A stretch of 63,753 nucleotides of DNA from Candidatus Stercoripulliclostridium sp. (GCA_045535235.1 JAZSLG010000056.1:1-63753), one strand, 5' to 3'. Positions 36,736-45,064 are shown, counted from the first letter of the stretch. Made by a program: numbers and translations. The notes: generated from the sequence alone by a model not told the origin.

Positions 36736-39002
36736 AAGTAACGGAGTTTATTGGCGTTTGTAATAGTGTCGATAGAGCTATAAAAATGGCATTTTCAGCC
36801 CAAAATGATAAAAAAGCCTACACTCTCGGCCCAATTGCACACAATAAAAACGTCGTATCTTCGCTTGAAAAAAAAGGCATATTAAAGGTTGATAATATTG
36901 ACGAATTGGAAAGCGGTGATACCCTTATTGTATCCGCACATGGTTGCCAAAAAGAAATCTATCAAAAAGCGGAGGAAAGAGGGATAAGAATAGTTGACGC
37001 TACCTGTCCATCCATACTAAAAATCCATAGTGAGGTAGAAAAATACGCTCTTGATGGCTATCATTTAATAATGATAGGTGATAAAAATCATCGCGAAGTA
37101 AAAGGCGTAGTTTCATACGCAAGCCACTATACGATTATCGGTGTTGAAGATGAAATCAACCTCCCGCTAGAACACGATCGATATCTTGTCGTTGCACAAA
37201 CCACTCTTCAGAGTGATAGGTACGATTTTATAGCAAAAAAAATAGAAAATTTGCTTAGCAACCTTAAAAAAATAGTTGTAATATTAAATACTATTTGTTA
37301 TACTACCATACGTAGGCAACTAGAAGCTCACGAACTATGCAAAAATGCTGAATGTGTTTTAGTAGTCGGAGATAGACAAAGTGCTAACGTTAATAAGCTT
37401 TTAGAAATAGCAAAATCATACTCTAAAAAAGCCTACCTAATAGAAAATGTAAACGACCTAAAGTCGATTGCAAAATACAATATCACAATGCCCACAATAC
37501 TATCGGGCGCATCAACTCCAAAAGAGTTGGTTATGGAGGTTATCAACATAATGGAACAAAACATCAACACTGTTGACGTCAACGAAGAAGTTGAAGTCAA
37601 AACCGAAGCAGTTGTTACTGCTGAACCCGTAGAAGTAAAGACCGCTAAAAAAGAGGTCGAAATCACCACCATGGAAGAAGCTCTTAAGCACGGTTTCGCT
37701 CCCCGTTCATATCGCGAAGGTATGACCGTTAAAGCTACTATCCAAACTATCGACCCCACCGGCGTTACCGTTTTCGTAAGTCTTAATGGTAAGAACGACT
37801 CCGGTTTCATCGCTGCAGATGAAATGGAACTCGACGGAAGTTACGATATGTCTAAATATGCTATCGGCGATAATCTCCAAGCAATCATTATCCCCAAGAC
37901 CGACGCTAAACTAAAGGCTATCAACCTTTCTAAGAAAAAGTTTGACGAAATCTTGGTTGCTGACGAAGCTGTTAAAGCAATCAAAGAAGGCGAAGAATTT
38001 ACTCTTACCATCCAAAGCGCAATCAAGGGCGGTTTGCTTGGTAAAATCGGTTCATATTCTATATTCGTTCCCGCTAGCCAAATTAGAATCGGCTACGTTA
38101 AGAACCTAGAAGAGTACGTTGGCAAAAAGCTACGTCTCCGCATCCTTCCTCCCAAGGCTGAAGAAGAAGGCGAAGAAAAGAGAAAGTCCAACCCCAAGAG
38201 AATCGTTGCTTCTCAACGCATCATCCTCGAAGAGGAAAAGCTTGCTAAAGAAGACGCTTTCTGGGATGCAATGCAAGTTAACAATATCGTTGAAGGTAAA
38301 GTTAAGCGTTTTGCAAAGAAAGATGACAAATACTTTGGTATTTTCGTAAGCATCATGAACAAAGATTGCTTGCTACACATCAGCGACCTCAGCTGGACCA
38401 AGGTTGAAGATCCCAGCACCGTTCTCGAACTCAATAAGAAATACGAATTTGTAGTTCTTAAGGCAGATAGAGAAGCTGACAAAGTTTCCCTCGGCTACAA
38501 GCAACTCCAAAAACAACCCTATGAACTCGCTGCTGAAAAATATCACGTTGGCGACGTTGTAAAAGGTAAAGTTGAAAGAATTAAGGACTTTGGCGCATTC
38601 ATTAGCATCGAGCCCGGCATCGACGGTTTGGTTCACGTAAGCGAAATTTGCCACAAGTGGATTAGCAACGCTAACGAAGCTCTTAAGATTGGCGACGAAG
38701 TTGAAGCTAAGATTATTTCCTTTGAAAAGAACAAGATTACTCTTTCCATTAAAGCACTTATCGAAGCTCCCGTAGTTGAAGAAGTTGTTGCTGAAGAAGG
38801 CAAAGAAGAGAAATCCAGCCGTACCGACCGCTTCAACAAGCGCGCTGCTAAAGCAGAAGACAAGGGCGAGAAGAAGGCAAGAAAAGAAAAGGTTGAGGAT
38901 GACGAACCCCATGAATACGTTACCAGCACCAACGGTGCAACCATGGCTGACCTATTCAAAGGTCTTGACCTTACCAAGTTCTCCGACGACGACGCTGAAT
39001 AA
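36723..39002 (+). CDS. ispH: Fusion protein: 4-hydroxy-3-methylbut-2-enyl diphosphate reductase (IspH/LytB) plus four S1 RNA-binding domains
   Basis: The N-terminal ~280 aa carry IspH Fe-S Cys contexts (GVCNSVDRA, DATCPSILK, NTICYTT). The C-terminal ~450 aa hold repeated S1 motifs (for example GDVVKGKVERIKDFGAFISI..GIDGLVHVSE) and a charged tail. Confidence 0.85.
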   Translation: MQKVKVTEFIGVCNSVDRAIKMAFSAQNDKKAYTLGPIAHNKNVVSSLEKKGILKVDNIDELESGDTLIVSAHGCQKEIYQKAEERGIRIVDATCPSILKIHSEVEKYALDGYHLIMIGDKNHREVKGVVSYASHYTIIGVEDEINLPLEHDRYLVVAQTTLQSDRYDFIAKKIENLLSNLKKIVVILNTICYTTIRRQLEAHELCKNAECVLVVGDRQSANVNKLLEIAKSYSKKAYLIENVNDLKSIAKYNITMPTILSGASTPKELVMEVINIMEQNINTVDVNEEVEVKTEAVVTAEPVEVKTAKKEVEITTMEEALKHGFAPRSYREGMTVKATIQTIDPTGVTVFVSLNGKNDSGFIAADEMELDGSYDMSKYAIGDNLQAIIIPKTDAKLKAINLSKKKFDEILVADEAVKAIKEGEEFTLTIQSAIKGGLLGKIGSYSIFVPASQIRIGYVKNLEEYVGKKLRLRILPPKAEEEGEEKRKSNPKRIVASQRIILEEEKLAKEDAFWDAMQVNNIVEGKVKRFAKKDDKYFGIFVSIMNKDCLLHISDLSWTKVEDPSTVLELNKKYEFVVLKADREADKVSLGYKQLQKQPYELAAEKYHVGDVVKGKVERIKDFGAFISIEPGIDGLVHVSEICHKWISNANEALKIGDEVEAKIISFEKNKITLSIKALIEAPVVEEVVAEEGKEEKSSRTDRFNKRAAKAEDKGEKKARKEKVEDDEPHEYVTSTNGATMADLFKGLDLTKFSDDDAE

Positions 39003-39018
39003 TCGATTAACCTTAAGA

Positions 39019-39048
39019 AAGACTACTCTAATGAGTAGTCTTTTTTTT
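39019..39048 (+). terminator. Rho-independent terminator after ispH-S1
   Basis: AAGACTACTC-taat-GAGTAGTCTT 10-bp stem followed by a T-run. Confidence 0.85.
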
Positions 39049-39120
39049 GTAACTTATCCTTTCTTTATAGGCTATCTTTATTCTTCCTTGACTTATCGTT
39101 TGGCGTAGTGTAAAATATCT

Positions 39121-39151
39121 ATAAATAAAAAAGCACTTGTAAACAAGTGCT
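39121..39151 (-). terminator. Rho-independent terminator after tRNA-Trp
   Basis: On the minus strand, AAGCACTTG-ttta-CAAGTGCTT is followed by TTTTATTTAT, starting directly at the tRNA 3' end. Confidence 0.6.
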
Positions 39152-39226
39152 TGGCAGGGGAGACGCGAGTCGAACACGCAACCGACGGTTTTGGAGACCG
39201 TTGCTCTACCATTGAGCCACTCCCCT
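39152..39226 (-). tRNA. trnW: tRNA-Trp (anticodon CCA), CCA end encoded
   Basis: The reverse complement folds as a cloverleaf: acceptor AGGGGAG/CTCCCCT, D arm GCTC-AATGGTA-GAGC, anticodon arm ACGGT-CTCCAAA-ACCGT, T arm GCGTG-TTCGACT-CGCGT, discriminator G and CCA. Length 75 nt. Confidence 0.9.
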
Positions 39227-39241
39227 AAATTCATTATTGCT

Positions 39242-39270
39242 ATTATAAACAAATTCTTTGTCTAAGTCAA
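39242..39270 (-). promoter_or_regulatory. Sigma-A promoter for tRNA-Trp
   Basis: On the minus strand, TTGACT-17 nt-TATAAT ends about 15 nt upstream of the mature tRNA 5' end. Confidence 0.55.
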
Positions 39271-39296
39271 TCATTATTACCAAAAAAGGAGTAATT

Positions 39297-40106
39297 ATGA
39301 AATATAAAATAGGTTTTATCGGTACGGGCGTTATGGCGGGAGCAATTATCAACCGTATTCTTTCCTCTATTGATACCCTTGAACTTAACGCTAGCGATAT
39401 AATAGTATATGACCTTGACGAATCCAAGCTCAACCAGTTTACCGCCAAAGGCGCCGTTAAAGGCAATTCTACGGACGAAATATTTAACGACGCTGAAATA
39501 GTAATGCTTGGCGTTAAGCCCCAATTCTACGCCGAAATTTTAGCTAATACTAAAGCCATAAAATCAAAATCAATTCTTTCCATAATGGCAGGAGTTAAAA
39601 TACAAACTTTAAGGGGATTTGTTGGAGGTAGCATCGGTATTGCTAGGATCATGCCCAATACTCCTTGCTCAATCGGCAAGGGCGTTATGGCGTTAACCTT
39701 TGATAATTGTGATAATTATACCCAATCTTTCGTATTATCTTTGCTCAAAACCTGTGGTACTACTTTAGTAATAGAGGAAAGTAAATTTGATGCAGTTACT
39801 TCTATTAGCGGTAGCGGTCCCGCTTACGTTTACACTTTTGCAAACGCTATGGTGCAAGCCGGGGTAAAGGGTGGACTTACCTTTGAAGAAAGTAAACTTC
39901 TTACTCTTGCAACGATAGAGGGTAGTGCATTGTACGCAAACGTTGCCGAATACGAACTGGAAACACTTGTCGAACGAGTATGCAGTAAAGGCGGTACTAC
40001 CATTGAAGCGGTTAACGTATTCAAAAATAGAGGACTCTCCGAAATTGTTGGCGAAGGAATAGAAGCTTGTAGAGAAAAATCCAAGCTACTAAGTGAAAAA
40101 TTATGA
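39297..40106 (+). CDS. proC: Pyrroline-5-carboxylate reductase
   Basis: MKYKIGFIGTGVMAGAII Rossmann start after AAGGAG, and a C-terminal CSKGGTTIEAV motif. The track ORF opens earlier at 39258. Confidence 0.85.
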   Translation: MKYKIGFIGTGVMAGAIINRILSSIDTLELNASDIIVYDLDESKLNQFTAKGAVKGNSTDEIFNDAEIVMLGVKPQFYAEILANTKAIKSKSILSIMAGVKIQTLRGFVGGSIGIARIMPNTPCSIGKGVMALTFDNCDNYTQSFVLSLLKTCGTTLVIEESKFDAVTSISGSGPAYVYTFANAMVQAGVKGGLTFEESKLLTLATIEGSALYANVAEYELETLVERVCSKGGTTIEAVNVFKNRGLSEIVGEGIEACREKSKLLSEKL

Positions 40107-40546
40107 AAAGAGTAGAAATATATACCGATGGTGCATGCTCCGGTAATCCGGGAATTGGAGGATGGGGTTCAATATTAATATATAAAGGTGTGGAAAAAAT
40201 TATTTCCGGTGGAGAACTTTCCACAACCAATAACCGTATGGAACTTACGGCTATTATAAAGGCACTAGAGGCTCTTAAAGAACCCTGTGAGGTTTTGATT
40301 TATAGTGATTCACAATACGCCGTAGACGCCGTTAGCAAGGGTTGGCTAACTTACTGGCGCTCGCATGGCTGGCGCACAAAAGGTAAAGATGACGTTAAAA
40401 ACGTTGATCTTTGGGAAAATCTATTGGACATGATGAATAAACACCACGTTAGCTTTGTAAAAGTAAAAGGGCACAGTGACAACGTTAACAACAATCGTTG
40501 TGACGAAATTGCCAGAGGTGAAATTACAAAGTTACAAAATTCATAA
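40103..40546 (+). CDS. rnhA: Ribonuclease HI
   Basis: 147 aa with VEIYTDGACSGNPGIGGWG, NNRMELTA, IYSDSQY and HSDNVNNNRCDEIA (DEDD catalytic contexts). Confidence 0.85.
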   Translation: MKRVEIYTDGACSGNPGIGGWGSILIYKGVEKIISGGELSTTNNRMELTAIIKALEALKEPCEVLIYSDSQYAVDAVSKGWLTYWRSHGWRTKGKDDVKNVDLWENLLDMMNKHHVSFVKVKGHSDNVNNNRCDEIARGEITKLQNS

Positions 40547-40559
40547 TGCTTGTAATCAA

Positions 40560-40581
40560 AAAGGGCTCTATCGAGCCCTTT
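40560..40581. terminator. Bidirectional hairpin terminator between convergent rnhA and the padR-like gene
   Basis: AAAGGGCTC-tatc-GAGCCCTTT perfect 9-bp stem flanked by A-run and T-run. Confidence 0.6.
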
Positions 40582-40587
40582 ATTTAA

Positions 40588-42300
40588 TTATTTTTTCAAA
40601 TGGTAATTGTTACTCTTATACAATAACCCATATATTGCCACTCCAATGGGAATATTGGAAGCAATTATTATTGGTGCATAAGTGCTACCAGTCTTCATAT
40701 TAACGTCCAATAACAAGCTAACAACGATAGTAATTGCACAAATTATAATAAAAGCAATAAATGAATTAGCAAGTGATTGCGTAAGATTAAACTGTGCGCG
40801 TATTCGTTTAGTAGGGTTAGTTGCCCAAACCAAAGTTGGAATAAGAGGGATTATGATACCCACAGCTCCAATAATAATATAGGTTAAAGGAGCGCCAAAT
40901 ACTTTTTTAGCAATTATCATAACTAGTAACTCGACAACAAGCATCAAGTAGGTTAATAAAGCAGTATCACGATTAATGCGATTACTATATATAAATTTCA
41001 AATAATAGTGGTTGAGACTATTGGCTTTTTGGTAAACCTTTAATTTGAAACCGTCTTCATATAATGACTGCTTAACGTCACCAAAATGGCGTGCTTTTTG
41101 GGAGTTTTCAACACGTTCAACCTCGGCTTGGTGAATTGCACTTGATTGTACGATTGCAACGTCCGAGGCACTTTCTTTACCGAAAAAAGCTGAAAGTGCT
41201 TCGCGATAATTAACGTTTTCCGTTGCATTATCGTAGGCGTATTTGAGGTCCGGTTGTGAAGATTTTTGCGAAGAAGAGGGGTTTTCCTCGTTATTTTGAC
41301 CCTCTTGGCTTTCAGTGGGGTCTTCCAGCAAATTACGATGGCGCGCAAATTCACCTATGCCAAGTAACTTACTAGCCTTGGTTTGTTGCTCCTTTATTAT
41401 AAGAGCTGTTTCCTCGTCCACTTCTTCCTTATCCTCAAGAGGTTTATCATCGTTCACAGCCTCCTTAAGCTCGATATTTTCAGAAGAGGTTTTATCTTTA
41501 TCTTCAAACTTGGAAGACAAGGAGGTAGGATCGGCGTAAAGCGCGTTTAACGCCTCTTGCTCGGTTGGCGTATTAATTACTTCCTTTTCATCGTTAAAAG
41601 CAGAAAAAAAGGAGAAAGACGGGATTGGGCGCTCGCGTTCTACAGGAGATTCAACCTCTGTTTTGTTAGCGGACTTTTCATCCGCTTCGTTAAGGTTAGT
41701 TAAATTTTCCACTTTGGCGCCATCTGGAACTTCACTTAGACTTGTAAAAACTGCACCCTCGGGTAACGTTCCGTTTTGAGGTAACGATTCTCCCGCGGGA
41801 ACGTGAATATATTGTGGAACGTAGACGTATTTTATAATAGGATCGGCGTTTTGGGTAGGCAAAACGGCGGAAGCAACCTCGTCATTAGCATCGTGAGCCT
41901 TAACTCTACGCGTTAAAGGGCGAAGTTCGTTGGGATCAAAAGGGGCTTCCACGGTTTTAAGGTCTATTTCTTTGTCAGAGAGAAGTTTGTTTATAATCGT
42001 TCTGGAAAATTCCCATTCACGTTGGTCTTGTTCCAAGGTTTCTCTACCCTTGTCGGTGAGTTTATAGTATCTTCTTCTACCACCATTGGACTCGTCGCCA
42101 TAATAGGAGTCAATAAAGCCTTGTTTTTCCAATCTTTTAAGGCAAGAGTATAGCGTGGGCTGTTTTATTTCATAACGACCCTCACTCAAATCGGAAATGA
42201 TATCCAAAATTTCGTAGCCGTAACGGTCTCTCTCTGCAAGAGAGTTCAAAATAATAGTATCTACGTGTCCTCTAATTAATTCAGTATTAACGGTATCCAT
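40588..42300 (-). CDS. PadR-family transcriptional regulator fused to a long acidic linker and a 4-TM C-terminal domain
   Basis: The N-terminal ~105 aa are PadR wHTH (GHVDTIILNSLAERDRYGYEI...KQPTLYSCLKRLEKQGFI...RRRYYKLTDKG). About 300 aa of Glu/Asp/Ser-rich sequence follow. Four hydrophobic helices then occur (LLTYLMLVVELLVMII, YIIIGAVGIIIPLIPTLVW, FIAFIIICAITIVVSLLL, PIIIASNIPIGVAIYGLLY). Confidence 0.75.
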   Translation of the reverse strand: MDTVNTELIRGHVDTIILNSLAERDRYGYEILDIISDLSEGRYEIKQPTLYSCLKRLEKQGFIDSYYGDESNGGRRRYYKLTDKGRETLEQDQREWEFSRTIINKLLSDKEIDLKTVEAPFDPNELRPLTRRVKAHDANDEVASAVLPTQNADPIIKYVYVPQYIHVPAGESLPQNGTLPEGAVFTSLSEVPDGAKVENLTNLNEADEKSANKTEVESPVERERPIPSFSFFSAFNDEKEVINTPTEQEALNALYADPTSLSSKFEDKDKTSSENIELKEAVNDDKPLEDKEEVDEETALIIKEQQTKASKLLGIGEFARHRNLLEDPTESQEGQNNEENPSSSQKSSQPDLKYAYDNATENVNYREALSAFFGKESASDVAIVQSSAIHQAEVERVENSQKARHFGDVKQSLYEDGFKLKVYQKANSLNHYYLKFIYSNRINRDTALLTYLMLVVELLVMIIAKKVFGAPLTYIIIGAVGIIIPLIPTLVWATNPTKRIRAQFNLTQSLANSFIAFIIICAITIVVSLLLDVNMKTGSTYAPIIIASNIPIGVAIYGLLYKSNNYHLKK

Positions 42301-42308
42301 AAAAATCC

Positions 42309-42941
42309 TTAATGAATTTCGGTACGAATTAGACCTACGACAATGCCCAAAACTTTTATATCTTCGGGATCATAGTACTTGTCTTGCATAAATTTGTTTT
42401 CCGGGTGGAGTCTAATTTTACCATTTTCTGCATAAAAACGCTTTACGGTACTCATTTCGTCACCGATTAGGGCAACAATAACTTGTCCGTTACGAGCATT
42501 AGGTTGTTGTTTAACGATAATTTTGTCTCCGTCGTTTATGCCTATATCAATCATAGAGGTACCTTCAACGGTAAGCATAAAGGTGTTTTCATCCACACGA
42601 CTAAACAAATTTTGGGGTAAGTATACGGATTCGTCATTATCTTCTACTGCAAGTTTAGGTATACCTGCGGTAACCGAGCCAACTAAAGGTACTCTGATTA
42701 CGTCACGAGAAGTCAAACGCTTACCAGTTACTTCCAACCCACGGCTTTTTTGTTTGTTTATACGGAGTTCACCGGCTTCCTCCAACTTACGCAAATAATA
42801 CGAAGCGCTAGAAGTGGACTTTATATCGAATTTATAACATATTTCTCTAATAGTAGGAGGACAACCACGTTCGTCTACCGTTTCGTAGATATAGTTTTTA
42901 ATCATCTCCATTTTTTGTTGCATCTCGACGTTTTTGGTCAT
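42309..42941 (-). CDS. lexA: LexA repressor
   Basis: 210 aa with an N-terminal wHTH (GCPPTIREICYKFDIKSTSSASYYLRKLEEAG), a cleavage-site context VTAGIP, catalytic Ser (VEGTSMID) and Lys (STVKRFY). Confidence 0.9.
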   Translation of the reverse strand: MTKNVEMQQKMEMIKNYIYETVDERGCPPTIREICYKFDIKSTSSASYYLRKLEEAGELRINKQKSRGLEVTGKRLTSRDVIRVPLVGSVTAGIPKLAVEDNDESVYLPQNLFSRVDENTFMLTVEGTSMIDIGINDGDKIIVKQQPNARNGQVIVALIGDEMSTVKRFYAENGKIRLHPENKFMQDKYYDPEDIKVLGIVVGLIRTEIH

Positions 42942-43021
42942 AAGTGAAACTCCGTGATAATTATAATATAATTAGAATAATTAAGCAATGGGCTTGACAA
43001 AAATTCTACTTACTTGATTAT

Positions 43022-43050
43022 ATTCTAACACAATATGACAAAAAATGCAA
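43022..43050 (-). promoter_or_regulatory. Candidate lexA promoter (extended -10)
   Basis: The minus strand reads TTGCAT-17 nt-TAGAAT, with TGt immediately upstream of the -10. This is about 75 nt upstream of the lexA ATG. Confidence 0.45.
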
Positions 43051-43068
43051 ACAAAAGTTTGCATTTTT
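43041..43068. promoter_or_regulatory. 28-bp perfect palindrome: SOS-box-like operator or weak bidirectional terminator
   Basis: AAAAATGCAAAC-aaaa-GTTTGCATTTTT. The core AAAC-N4-GTTT differs from the Firmicute LexA box GAAC-N4-GTTC at one position per half-site. It overlaps the predicted -35 of lexA. Confidence 0.4.
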
Positions 43069-43148
43069 ACTCTAATTATACCGCGGTTTACTCTAATTTA
43101 CAAAAATTTTTAGAATTATATAACCAAAATAGGGGTATAATGCCCAAA

Positions 43149-44216
43149 TTAATCGTCCTTACGGAGCTTTACCTTGGTAGAAGCTTCACGTTTAATATCT
43201 TCATCAATTGCTGCGTAGTGTTTCTTCGTAGTATTAACGTCGCGATGTCCAAGGACTTCAGCTACCATATATATATCTTTTGTTTGACGATATAGCGCAG
43301 TACCATAGGTAGAACGAAGTTTGTGTGGAGAAACAGATTTTAAAGGATTTACTACACCAGTATACTTCTTGACTAAATTTTCAACTGCTCTAACGGTAAT
43401 ACGCTTGTTTTGTAAAGAAATAAATAGGGTGTTTTCTTTTTCTAAAAGATTTGCCTTAAATAATCGTTGCTCGCGCCATACGAAATAAATATCAAGAGCA
43501 TCTTTGACTTCATCGGAAAAATATAATACGGATACGTTGCCACCTTTACGCGTTACCTTGAAGGCTTTATTGGATAAATCTACGTCTTCCATATTAATAC
43601 CAACCAATTCACTAACACGTATTCCCGTGCCTAAAAATAGGGTAACGATAGCAATATCACGGTCACGCGTGTTCATATTATAACTATTTTGAAACTGAGA
43701 ACCAAATTTTTGCTCACTTTCAACGGTATCAAGAACCTTTTCAACTTCATTATCATCAAGACGAACTATGGCTTTCTCGTGTAACTTGGGAGTAGCAACT
43801 TTAGTGGTTACGTTTTGACTGAGTTTGTTTTTGTTGTAGAAATACTTAAAAAGCGACCTAACTGCGCTAAGTTTTCTTGCTTTAGCTTTTTCTGCGTTAC
43901 GATAGGGCTTTCCCTTATAAGAATAATAGGATAAATATCTAAGAAAATATTCAATTTCCGTTGCAGTAATATACTCGTCTAAATCTTGTAGAGTAATATC
44001 CAAAACGGATTTTCCTACGAATCCCCGCACTTTGTGAACTAGAAAATCAAAAAATATTGAGAGGTCGGTAGCATAATTTAATTTGGTTAAAACAGAAGTC
44101 GTTGAATCAATACCCGTAAAATATTCATTACAAAAATAGGGTAGCTCATCTAACAAAGCATTAAACTTATCATATTTTTCTCTATTAAATTGGTCGTAAT
44201 ATCTTTCGTTTGCCAT
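43149..44216 (-). CDS. Tyrosine recombinase, XerC/XerD-like (SAM-like N-terminal domain plus catalytic domain)
   Basis: 355 aa with catalytic contexts GIRVSELVG (Arg), HKLRSTYGTALY (His-x-x-Arg) and LGHRDVNTTKKHYAA (His...Tyr). Confidence 0.8.
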   Translation of the reverse strand: MANERYYDQFNREKYDKFNALLDELPYFCNEYFTGIDSTTSVLTKLNYATDLSIFFDFLVHKVRGFVGKSVLDITLQDLDEYITATEIEYFLRYLSYYSYKGKPYRNAEKAKARKLSAVRSLFKYFYNKNKLSQNVTTKVATPKLHEKAIVRLDDNEVEKVLDTVESEQKFGSQFQNSYNMNTRDRDIAIVTLFLGTGIRVSELVGINMEDVDLSNKAFKVTRKGGNVSVLYFSDEVKDALDIYFVWREQRLFKANLLEKENTLFISLQNKRITVRAVENLVKKYTGVVNPLKSVSPHKLRSTYGTALYRQTKDIYMVAEVLGHRDVNTTKKHYAAIDEDIKREASTKVKLRKDD

Positions 44217-44231
44217 AATTAAATGATAACA

Positions 44232-44246
44232 TATCTATTCGTAAAA
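44232..44246 (+). repeat. 15-mer TATCTATTCGTAAAA, copy 1
   Basis: Identical to copy 4 and differs at one position from the palindrome arms. Lies 16 nt upstream of the recombinase start codon. Confidence 0.8.
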
Positions 44247-44510
44247 TACAACAATAATAATAAATATTAATAAAAAAATGAAAAATAGATGGGTGGATAA
44301 ACAATAAAAAAATTACAAAGCAAAATGAATAAATTTATTAAAACATTTTTTCACGATTAATAAAAATTTTCTTCAACGAATGCAGTATCCGTCAGCAAAA
44401 ATATGAAATTAAACTTTTCTTTTTTTCAATAAAATTTTTGAACTCGTATATGTATTAATCTATTTTTTTATGATAGGGCTAAGCAATTTTTACATGGGCT
44501 AATACGTATT

Positions 44511-44546
44511 TATCTATTCGCAAAACACCGATTTTGCGAATAGATA
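44511..44546. repeat. 36-bp palindrome made of two inverted copies of TATCTATTCGCAAAA separated by 6 nt
   Basis: TATCTATTCGCAAAA-caccga-TTTTGCGAATAGATA, with perfect 15-bp arms. Confidence 0.85.
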
Positions 44547-44630
44547 GTGGAACGAGAGGAGTAGATTATGGTCAAAAACTAAAATATTTCGGTAAAACTT
44601 GACGATTTCGATTTTTTAAGAAAATTTTTC

Positions 44631-44645
44631 TATCTATTCGTAAAA
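44631..44645 (+). repeat. 15-mer TATCTATTCGTAAAA, copy 4
   Basis: Exact repeat of copy 1 (identical over 16 nt, including the next T). Confidence 0.8.
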
Positions 44646-44979
44646 TTTTTCTTGGACTTAATTATTTGAGAAAAAACTTTAATTTATTGCATTGAATTTT
44701 TAGAATTTTATTAGATTTTTTGAGAAAGATTTTTAATAATTTTTTATTTGCTTTTAGTAAAACAAGTTAATCAATAACGTTGCATTTGACTTACTGATTA
44801 GTCATTATTTCGTTGAGATATTTTTCGTTTTTCTTTCAAGTTTTGCCTTAGAATTCATCGTAGAGGTTAGATATATTTTTGCATATACGTATTAAATTTA
44901 TTAAAGCTAAATCATTAAAAGAAAAAGGAAATAAAGTGCATGTTTTAAGATATAGACTCATAAAAATTTAATTTTACAT

Positions 44980-45023
44980 AAAATCAAAATAGGGCTTTAT
45001 TAATTTTTAACAAAGCCCCCTAT
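44980..45023 (-). terminator. Rho-independent terminator after the ynbB-like gene
   Basis: On the minus strand, ATAGGG(GG)CTTT-loop-AAAGCCCTAT is followed by TTTGATTTT. The stem has a 2-nt bulge. Confidence 0.5.
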
Positions 45024-45064
45024 TGGATTTTTAACGATTTTTTGCAATTTTAGCCAAAATTTTT

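Noticed and set aside
38119-39108. Alternative-frame and antisense ORFs over the S1/charged-tail part of ispH-S1 (38119..38349, 38213..38482, 38373..38912, 38633..38977, 38776..39108)
   Set aside because: These are low-complexity translations of a GAA/AAG-rich region. The S1-domain frame has clear conserved motifs, and the last of these ORFs runs through the terminator.
39028-39524. Minus-strand ORFs 39028..39252, 39206..39466 and 39267..39524
   Set aside because: They overlap the tRNA-Trp gene, its terminator and promoter, and the proC 5' region. There is no coding signal.
43149-44216. Recombinase as a marker of a prophage, ICE or genomic island
   Set aside because: There are no phage, conjugation or cargo genes. 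The flanks are housekeeping genes (lexA; ynbB-miaA-mutL-mutS), no direct-repeat att pair was recognised, and composition is similar to the neighbours.
44292-44300. DnaA-box-like TTATCCACC (minus strand) in the AT-rich gap, considered as oriC or a plasmid origin
   Set aside because: It is a single box with one mismatch, there is no cluster, and there is no dnaA, dnaN or rep gene nearby. It is mentioned only as context for the repeat finding.
44217-45064. dif-type Xer recombination site next to the XerC/D-like recombinase
   Set aside because: I found no 11-6-11 arrangement resembling the Firmicute dif consensus (...ATAA-N6-TTATGTAAACT). Only a loose TTATGTAAAA on the minus strand near 44970 was seen.
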